From Candidatus Hydrogenedentota bacterium (GTDB taxonomy: Bacteria > Hydrogenedentota > Hydrogenedentia > Hydrogenedentales > SLHB01): 64,000 bases of DNA. The notes under the pieces were generated by a model. The model was given only the letters and a program-made list of their open reading frames with translations. It did no database searches and had not been told where the DNA came from. Positions 33,048-40,332 of this stretch are shown in pieces. Positions within the stretch are counted from its first letter, which is position 1; each line of letters opens with the position of its first letter. Where the stretch lies: contig CAVUWV010000012.1 of assembly GCA_963745075.1 (NCBI GenBank), positions 32,001 to 96,000 on the forward strand, given 5' to 3'. A program made the position numbers and the translations under genes.

Positions 33048-33064
33048 TTGGCACAGACGTTGCT
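33048..33064 (+). promoter_or_regulatory. Sigma54 (-24/-12) promoter
   Basis: TTGGCACAGACGTTGCT matches TGGCAC-N5-TTGCW with exact GG-N10-GC spacing; preceded by an AT-rich tract. Confidence 0.8.
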
Positions 33065-33127
33065 CTTCTACTGGGCGTCAGGGAAATGAACCCGCAACGC
33101 AGTACGTAGCCAGGGAGATTAGGAACT

Positions 33128-33292
33128 ATGAGCGCAAATCAGAAAACTCGGTTGATGATTGCGGCCATGGACCTGCTGAAGGTTCTCGACCGCCGCGAGG
33201 TGTCGGAAGGCGAACTGCTCACGCGTGTCGCCTCCATGTACTACGAGGTGGGGAACGCGCGGAGACATCTTCTCGTGTTGTCGGAGTCTTAA
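33128..33292 (+). CDS. 54-aa small helical protein (absent from the ORF track)
   Basis: GGGAGATTAGGAACT-ATG; MSANQKTRLMIAAMDLLKVLDRREVSEGELLTRVASMYYEVGNARRHLLVLSES*; first ORF after the sigma54 promoter. Confidence 0.55.
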   Translation: MSANQKTRLMIAAMDLLKVLDRREVSEGELLTRVASMYYEVGNARRHLLVLSES

Positions 33293-33519
33293 GAATACGC
33301 CGGTGGTGGGTGCCGAAGGTCGCTACGATGAACGGCAATCTTCTCGGTAACGTTTGGAGTCAGGGTGTGCGGTGCGCGTTTCGGACGCGCGCCGTTCATT
33401 CTGTAGTCTTGGTGGCGCCATAATAATGATGCGGTTGGCGCAACCCGGGAAGAGTTACGAGAAAAGCTGGGACATGCGGAGGACGCTTGGCGCGGTCCTG
33501 GCTCAGAAGGATTTATGTC

Positions 33520-35952
33520 ATGGCCGATGACGTTCATACGCGAAAAGCATGGAACGATTCCGCCGATGCCCGGGACTCGGCGAGTACGCCTACGCCGTCT
33601 CCGGATTTTGATGGCATTCCTTCAACCAGGATTACCAAGTGGACCATTAGCGGGGAACAGTTGTTGGGAAGTCAGATCGACAACTTCCGCGTCGAAGGAA
33701 TTGTGGCCCAGGGCGGTTTTGGGTTGGTGTGTAAGGCGACCGATGTGAAGCTGAACCGGGTCGTCGCACTCAAGTTTCTCAAGAACCGTCTTGACGAAAA
33801 GCATTTTCAACTTTTTGAGCGTGAAGCGCGCATCCTTGCCCGGCTGGGCAAGGAACCGTCCATTGTGGAGGTCTATGCGTGGGGTGAATACCAGGGGTAT
33901 AATTATTTTGCGATGGAGTATCTTCCGCTTACGGCGGACGCAATCCTGCAGAAACACCCCACCGGATTAAACCCCGCGCGAGCCATCGAGATCGTTGCGG
34001 ACTGTGCCGAGGCGCTCGCCTCGGCCCATCGCGAGGGAATCGTTCACCGGGACATCAAACCCCCGAACATCCTGCTGGATAGCGAAGAGGGCCGGGCCAA
34101 ACTGGCCGACTTCGGGTTGAGCCGGATCTTGGAATCAACCGAATCCATCATTGGCGGAACGATCAGCGGTTCGCCGCCGTACATGTCTCCCGAACAAGCC
34201 TCCGCGGAACCTGCCGACCATCGATCGGATATCTTCTCCCTCGGGGTGTCCCTCTACGAACTTTTGTGCGGAAAACGGCCGTTCGAAGCGGCGTCTTCCG
34301 GAGAGTACCTCGAAAACATCCGAAACAATATCCGCGTGCCGTTGGCAAAACGCAGAGTCAATCTGCCTCCGAACGTAATCCAGGCGGTCGAACGCGCAAC
34401 CAGGCATGCACCGAAGGATCGTTTTCAATCGGCCGAGGAATTCGCTTGCGTACTCCGCGGCATCCTGGCGACGTTGCCGGACTACGTGGAAACCACGATC
34501 TCGGGGCGAGTGGGAACTCGGTTTGGGCAACGAGTGAGGTTCTTGCGGAAGCCCATTCTCTGGGGTTTGGCGGCGGTGCTCGTGTTTGTGTCCGGCCTGT
34601 GGTTCACGACGTCCAGGCCGTTACCCGAAATTACGACGGACCTGAAAGTTGCCGACGCGGCTCTGGACCAGGGTGATGCCGTGGCTGCCGCGGCCCGCTA
34701 TCAGAAAATCCTGGCGAAGGATCCGGCCAGCGATCCGGCGCGTTACGGGTTGGCATACGCGTTCTTGCGCCAGGGGAAACTCGATGACGCCGCTGGAGCT
34801 TTCGCGGACCTGAATAATGAGTCGTTGCGTGTGGAAGGCAATGCAGCCGTCGCCTATGCGGAAAACGGGGCCGAAGCCGCGCCGGTAGTCGAAAAAGCCG
34901 TGGGAAACGCTCAAACCGCGTATCTGCAGGCGCTGGGATGTGCAATTGAATTGGATCTGGCGCAGTACTCGAAAGTGGTGTCTGTTGGAAAAGGACTGCA
35001 AGATGCATCGTTCCCGTTTGAGTGGCAGCGAGCGGAATTGCTTCAGGCTTTGGGTCAAGCGTACTACCGGCTGGGCAACTTCGCGGACGCCAAGGCGATC
35101 TTCTCTCGACTGAAACCGCTGACCTCATCGGCGCCAGAGGTGGCGAACGCCTATTTGCGCTTGGCCAATGCCCGGCTCGACGAACAGTTGCAGGACAAAG
35201 CCTTAACGCGCGCAGCCGAAATTCGCGACCTTATAGACTCCGGAGCCGTTCCGGTCATGGAAGATCAATGGTCCAGTCGTCCGCTCACGTTTGTCCTGCT
35301 GCCGGTGGAAGCCAACCCAAGCGACTATGCAAATCGGTCCGGTTTGGTGGACGTGCTACCGATGCTCTTGGGTGAGGAACTTGAAAGTCGAACCGCCCTC
35401 AACCTTGTGGATCGCGAGTTGATTGGCGAGGTGCTGGCGGAACAGAAATTGTCCGCGCTGCTGAGCCAACAAGCGGGGCAACTTGAGTTTGGTCGAATAC
35501 TCGGCGCGCGTCTCATCATGCGGTGCATATTTGGAAGGCTCGGCGGTTCCGAATTCGTGAAAGCGAAGGTTGTAGACGCGGAAACCGGTGAGGAAGTGAT
35601 TGTGCCGCGTGTCGATCTCCAGCGGTCCACGAGTCCCGACGCGCTCTTGGGTACTCTCGCGGACGAAATCGGTCACGCCGTGAAACAGCACTACCCGTTG
35701 CGCGCCCGACTCACCCGAGAGGGCGACCGTGCGCGGATTGACATTGGATCTTCTGAGGGCGTTCAACCGGCAATGCGTTTTCAGATCGCCGTCGGCGCCG
35801 ACCGATCGACTCTGATCCCCGACCGTCTGGCAATCGTTGAAGAACCTGTGGATGTCGAGTCGGCACACGTCCGGGTGGACGGCTTCTCTCCGGCCGATAT
35901 CCCGGAGGATGGTCTTTATGTCGTTCAACAGAACGTGACGGAGCAGCGGTAG
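33520..35952 (+). CDS. Membrane Hanks-type Ser/Thr kinase with extracytoplasmic TPR, CsgG/HfaB-like and FlgT-C-like domains
   Basis: QGGFGLV, VALK, HRDIKPPN, DFG, YMSPEQ; TM ILWGLAAVLVFVSGLWF; TPRs; LVDRELIGEVLAEQKLS...GRILGA; IDIGSSEGV. Confidence 0.9.
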   Translation: MADDVHTRKAWNDSADARDSASTPTPSPDFDGIPSTRITKWTISGEQLLGSQIDNFRVEGIVAQGGFGLVCKATDVKLNRVVALKFLKNRLDEKHFQLFEREARILARLGKEPSIVEVYAWGEYQGYNYFAMEYLPLTADAILQKHPTGLNPARAIEIVADCAEALASAHREGIVHRDIKPPNILLDSEEGRAKLADFGLSRILESTESIIGGTISGSPPYMSPEQASAEPADHRSDIFSLGVSLYELLCGKRPFEAASSGEYLENIRNNIRVPLAKRRVNLPPNVIQAVERATRHAPKDRFQSAEEFACVLRGILATLPDYVETTISGRVGTRFGQRVRFLRKPILWGLAAVLVFVSGLWFTTSRPLPEITTDLKVADAALDQGDAVAAAARYQKILAKDPASDPARYGLAYAFLRQGKLDDAAGAFADLNNESLRVEGNAAVAYAENGAEAAPVVEKAVGNAQTAYLQALGCAIELDLAQYSKVVSVGKGLQDASFPFEWQRAELLQALGQAYYRLGNFADAKAIFSRLKPLTSSAPEVANAYLRLANARLDEQLQDKALTRAAEIRDLIDSGAVPVMEDQWSSRPLTFVLLPVEANPSDYANRSGLVDVLPMLLGEELESRTALNLVDRELIGEVLAEQKLSALLSQQAGQLEFGRILGARLIMRCIFGRLGGSEFVKAKVVDAETGEEVIVPRVDLQRSTSPDALLGTLADEIGHAVKQHYPLRARLTREGDRARIDIGSSEGVQPAMRFQIAVGADRSTLIPDRLAIVEEPVDVESAHVRVDGFSPADIPEDGLYVVQQNVTEQR

Positions 35953-35954
35953 AC

Positions 35955-38522
35955 GTGCGCAGACTAGGAATCAGTGTCGCATTCGCAGCGTTAACCACAT
36001 TGCTGCTTGCTCCGGGGTGTACGACCATTTCTTCTCAATCGGCGCAGTATGAGCGCAACGGCGTGCGATACGGGGTTACGAAGGGCACGTTTCGCGGACG
36101 GTGGTGGAACTACTACGAACGGGGCCGTTCCTTCTCCGACGGCGCGTTCTGGTCCGAGGCGGAAAGTGATCTCCGGACGGCATTGGCTTCGCGAAGCCGG
36201 GACCAACTCTGGTCGCGCACGTACGGCCTGCACTTTTTGCCTGAGTACTTTCCCCATCGCGAACTGGGCATCGTATTCTTTCATCAAGAACGCTTCGACG
36301 AAGCAGCAGCAGAGTTGGAGACGAGCTTGGCGCAGCAATACTCTGCGCGCGCAGCGTATTTCCTCAACGAGGCGCGTCGCGAACAGATCGCGAAAATCGC
36401 CAACGATCGCGAACCGCCAACGATCACCTTACAATTCTCCGAAGAAACCGGGGTGATCGATTCGCTAGAGATTGTTCCGAAGGGGGTTGTTGAAGACGAC
36501 ACCTACGTCTCACGCCTGACGATCGATGGACGGGATGTACCGCTTCAAGTTTCCGCGCCCCGAATCGAATTTCCGGGACCTTTGGTTACCGATTCTTTCC
36601 ACGTGACACTGGCCCCTGGCAGAAACGTCGTGGAGGTAGAGGCGGAAGACCTGTCCGGAAAAGTCACCCAGCGGCAAATCATCCTAACGACTGACGTCGA
36701 CGGCCCGGCGGTCAGTTTTAACGCCCCCGTCGTGGTGCCGGGAACTATCCGAGGCGTGGCGCTGGACCCCTCCGGAGTCAAGGCGTTGACTATCAACGGT
36801 CAGAATGCGGCACTACAGCGTACTGCGCGAGAGCAGGTTGCTTTTGAGGTGAAGGTAACGTCCGCAAAACCCGATAGCCCCCTGCAATACGAGTGCACCG
36901 ATGAGAAGGGAAATGTCACCCGGGGACGGGTTCCCGTCAATGGTCTTGTTTTGTCCAAGACCATTCCTGCGGTTATGCCTGCGAGCAACGGCGTTTCTGT
37001 CGAACGGTTAGGGCCGGGGCTTGCAGGCCTGAACGTGAACGGCGTTTTGGTGGCGGTTGCAGCAGATGCGCGGCACGCTGCGGAGCCGGAGATTCGCTTT
37101 CCAAACCTGCGCGACGGGCAACAATATCTTATGGACGAGGTTATTGTGGGCCTCGACGTGGCCGCGCCCAACCCCATCGCAGAAGCTCGCATTAACGATG
37201 TCGATTTGAATCTTGCGCCGGATCGTTCTCTGCAACATCTCAGCCGTCGGCTACGCCTTGTGCCCGGGCCAAATGTCATTCACGCGGACGTCCGAGATGC
37301 GCAGGGGAAGACGTCGAAAGCCAGTCTGACCGTTGAACGGAAATTCACCGATCTGGAGCAGCGCGTCAATCACCTTAACGCCGCGATTCTGGGATTCGTA
37401 GCGGAGGGCAATGCGCCGCGAGTCGATGACGAACCGGATTTTATTCGTGATGAACTGATCGGTCAGTTGAGCCGACAGAATCGGTTCCAATTCGTCGATC
37501 GGAGACTTCTTCCGGACGTAATCGCGGAGCAGCAACTCAGTGCGGCGCTGAGTTCGAAGGAGGGCCGGCTCGCCTTGGGCCGGGTCATTCCCGCGGAGAT
37601 CTTCTTAACCGGTCGCATTCATCGCGACGCCGATTCGATCGAAATCGTTGTCGAAGCAATCAGTACCGAAACCGCATTGTTTGTCGCCCGGAGCGACGTT
37701 GCGGGCCGCGCCGACACGCCGGACGAACTCGAAGGACTGGTTCGCGATCTCGCGTTGCGGATCGTACAGGAGTTTCCGCGCGTCCAGGGTGAGGTGGCCA
37801 GGGTTCGGGGAGAGCCCCCGTCGCAACGGGTTCGGCCGACCGTGGCCATTCCTGCGAGTCAATGGGATACCGCCGGGGTATTAACCGCAGATGAATTGAC
37901 GTGGGTCATCGACGAATTTGAGCGGGAATTGCAACAGGCAAACCGATTTAATTTCGTGAGCCGGGACAGGCTCGATACGATTCAGCGCGAAACAAGGCTT
38001 AGCGAGACGTTGGGCCCGGAGGAAAAACGCCTCGCGCTCGGAAGAATTCTGCCGGCAGATGTGCTGCTGGAAGTCCAGTTTCAGCGGGTCGCCGGAAACG
38101 TGACGGCAGTCGGCGCGTCGATCGACACGCGTACCATGGAAGCGACGATTCGTCATACCGTTTCACAGGCGGCGAGTGACGAAGACGGGTTTCGAAACCT
38201 TGGGCGCTATTTGGCGCGGGAACTGCTTCCGTTACTTCCAACCGAGGGACGTTATGACGATGCGGGGCGTAGCGCGCCGCGTATCACCGCCACGCTCACG
38301 AGCAAGCAAGGCGTAAGCGAATCGATGAAATACGTCGTCTTTCGATACGGACCGGAGATCCTCGATCCGATAACGAAGGAAGTCATCGGACAGGAGACCG
38401 AAATCGTTGGCGAAGGACTTGTGCAATCCGTGAATGACTCGTCGAGCGTCGCCGAAATGCTCTCGACAAACGCGGCGCTTCCCGTTCCCGTTCGGGCAGG
38501 TGATTATGTGGCAACAAAATAG
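35955..38522 (+). CDS. Lipoprotein with TPR, Ig-like and two CsgG/HfaB-like domains
   Basis: Lipobox LLLAPGC; TPR (HRELGIVFFHQERFDEAAAELE); Ig motifs (LAPGRN, LVPGPN); FVDRRLLPDVIAEQQLS and FVSRDRLDTIQRETRLS. Confidence 0.8.
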   Translation: MRRLGISVAFAALTTLLLAPGCTTISSQSAQYERNGVRYGVTKGTFRGRWWNYYERGRSFSDGAFWSEAESDLRTALASRSRDQLWSRTYGLHFLPEYFPHRELGIVFFHQERFDEAAAELETSLAQQYSARAAYFLNEARREQIAKIANDREPPTITLQFSEETGVIDSLEIVPKGVVEDDTYVSRLTIDGRDVPLQVSAPRIEFPGPLVTDSFHVTLAPGRNVVEVEAEDLSGKVTQRQIILTTDVDGPAVSFNAPVVVPGTIRGVALDPSGVKALTINGQNAALQRTAREQVAFEVKVTSAKPDSPLQYECTDEKGNVTRGRVPVNGLVLSKTIPAVMPASNGVSVERLGPGLAGLNVNGVLVAVAADARHAAEPEIRFPNLRDGQQYLMDEVIVGLDVAAPNPIAEARINDVDLNLAPDRSLQHLSRRLRLVPGPNVIHADVRDAQGKTSKASLTVERKFTDLEQRVNHLNAAILGFVAEGNAPRVDDEPDFIRDELIGQLSRQNRFQFVDRRLLPDVIAEQQLSAALSSKEGRLALGRVIPAEIFLTGRIHRDADSIEIVVEAISTETALFVARSDVAGRADTPDELEGLVRDLALRIVQEFPRVQGEVARVRGEPPSQRVRPTVAIPASQWDTAGVLTADELTWVIDEFERELQQANRFNFVSRDRLDTIQRETRLSETLGPEEKRLALGRILPADVLLEVQFQRVAGNVTAVGASIDTRTMEATIRHTVSQAASDEDGFRNLGRYLARELLPLLPTEGRYDDAGRSAPRITATLTSKQGVSESMKYVVFRYGPEILDPITKEVIGQETEIVGEGLVQSVNDSSSVAEMLSTNAALPVPVRAGDYVATK

Positions 38523-39912
38523 GTCAGGATTTCGAGGCCTTGTTCGCACGCTGCCGGCGGTTCTCCTGTTGGCGGCGGGGAGTGCGTTTTGCTCGGCGCA
38601 AGAACTCGAAATCGCGATCTCGCCCAGTCCTGTGGGATCGGGGGCACGGGCCGCCGGTATGGCCGACGCCTTTGTGGCCATCGCCGATGACGCGACGGCC
38701 GCTTCCTGGAACCCCGCCGGTCTGGTCCAACTGGAACGGCCGGAATTATCCATTGTGGGGGCCTATAACGGTCTCGTCGAAGACTTTCGCGCCGACTGGC
38801 ACGACGAAGTCGATTCCAGGCATAGCGATGACAATCTCGATTTGAACTTTCTCAGTTTCACGTACCCGTTCCCCGCTTTGATTCTAGGGCGAAATTCCTC
38901 CGTCGGTCTGTACTATCAGCACAAATACGATCTCTCGCGAAAGTTCAAACTGGATTTCAATCAATCGACCGTGGGATCAGACGGTATCGTATTCAATAAT
39001 TTTTCCGAACTCGATTTCAAACAGGACGGTGCGCTCAGCGCCATCACGCCCGCGTTCGCCTTCGAGGTAACGCACCGCCTGGCCCTCGGGGTGGCGGTTA
39101 ATCTCTGGCGGAGCAGCATCTTCTCCGAAAATGGATGGACGCGTGACCAGCGCGATCAGACGTTTTCCCATTCGGCAAACGGCGGCGGGCTGGCGATTAC
39201 GAGTCTCCATGAGAAGTACGAGGATGTCGAGGGCGAAAATCTAACGGTTGGATTGCTTTGGAATGTCACGGACAAGTGGAGCATCGGAGTCCGGTACGAC
39301 TCCGCGTTTACCGCGGATAGCGATTATACGCGACACGGTTCCACGCTCCAGATCAATCTGCCTCAGAACAGCCGGGCCATGAGCTATTTTCCGAAAAATC
39401 GAAAGTCGAATCGCGAGATTCGCTTGCCGTCAACGGTCGCGGTCGGCGCCGCCTATCGCGCAAACGACCGACTCACACTATCATGCGATGTCACCACCAC
39501 GGACTGGAACGACTTCTGGTTCAAGGACGAAAGCGGGAATCGCAAGTCCCTGGTCAACGCGCGCAATCTGGATCAAGTCTGGTTTGCACCGCACTTCGAG
39601 CCCACCTATACCGTCCGTCTCGGCGGGGAGTACGTCTTTATTCCGAAGCAGCCGGATGAAGTGCTGGGGCGTATTTGGACCCTCCGTGGCGGCTTGTTTT
39701 ACGATCAGGAGCCGGCATCGGGAGGTCCGGATAACTTCTGGGGTGGCGCGGTAGGTGTGGGCCTGTTGGCGAAAGAGCGAGTCAATGTCGATCTCGCCTA
39801 TCAGGTGCGTTACGGGCACGAGGTAAACCACGACTTCGTCCGCGGCGTTCCCGGTTTTGATGAAGACGTAATTCAGAGTCGATTTCTCATATCAACGGTC
39901 ATCTACTTTTAG
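38506..39912 (+). CDS. FadL/OmpP1/PorV-like outer-membrane beta-barrel
   Basis: Signal peptide; GARAAGMADAFVAIADDATAASWNPAGL; amphipathic strands; terminal Phe (TVIYF). ATG 38506 overlaps the end of the upstream gene. Confidence 0.85.
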   Translation: MWQQNRSGFRGLVRTLPAVLLLAAGSAFCSAQELEIAISPSPVGSGARAAGMADAFVAIADDATAASWNPAGLVQLERPELSIVGAYNGLVEDFRADWHDEVDSRHSDDNLDLNFLSFTYPFPALILGRNSSVGLYYQHKYDLSRKFKLDFNQSTVGSDGIVFNNFSELDFKQDGALSAITPAFAFEVTHRLALGVAVNLWRSSIFSENGWTRDQRDQTFSHSANGGGLAITSLHEKYEDVEGENLTVGLLWNVTDKWSIGVRYDSAFTADSDYTRHGSTLQINLPQNSRAMSYFPKNRKSNREIRLPSTVAVGAAYRANDRLTLSCDVTTTDWNDFWFKDESGNRKSLVNARNLDQVWFAPHFEPTYTVRLGGEYVFIPKQPDEVLGRIWTLRGGLFYDQEPASGGPDNFWGGAVGVGLLAKERVNVDLAYQVRYGHEVNHDFVRGVPGFDEDVIQSRFLISTVIYF

Positions 39913-39923
39913 AGGAGGGGTTC

Positions 39924-40139
39924 ATGAAACACATCCAAGCCTTATCTCAAGAGCGCCCGGCGATGGCGCAGTTCGAGCCGATTCTTCAGTTCATCGGAAT
40001 CATCCAATCCATTCTCGGCACGCCGGGAATCGTCATCCAGAATGTGACGGCGGCCATTGGTGTGTTTGGCACAGCGATTTCCGTGCTGCAAAACTGGCAA
40101 TTGCTGCAGCAATTGAAGGCCCAAAACCAAGGCGAGTAA
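39924..40139 (+). CDS. 71-aa amphipathic/hydrophobic peptide
   Basis: Strong RBS AGAGGAGG; starts 11 bp after the barrel gene stop; polar leader ending RPAMA, then an I/V/G/Q-rich core. Confidence 0.75.
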   Translation: MKHIQALSQERPAMAQFEPILQFIGIIQSILGTPGIVIQNVTAAIGVFGTAISVLQNWQLLQQLKAQNQGE

Positions 40140-40332
40140 CGAATCCAGTTTTTGCGTGAGGTCCTGTTTGCTAACTGATTTGACTCGGGCGTGCCGAACG
40201 AACTGCCCCTTTGAACGTGCCTCTGAGCGGCCGCCATCGCTGCGCAACCCATGATCGAACATATGGGTAAGCGTGATGGAATATCTATTGAAAGCCCCAA
40301 TACGCGAAATCGCCAGCAACCATAAGTCTTTC

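Noticed and set aside
32794..33423. 209-aa ORF between the EBP and the kinase
   Set aside because: It spans the AT-rich promoter region and has non-protein-like composition; the 54-aa ORF in another frame has an RBS.
33520..39912. Curli (csg) secretion operon or complete T9SS
   Set aside because: No CsgA/B/E/F-like or Por/Spr core genes are present; only fold-level similarity is supported.
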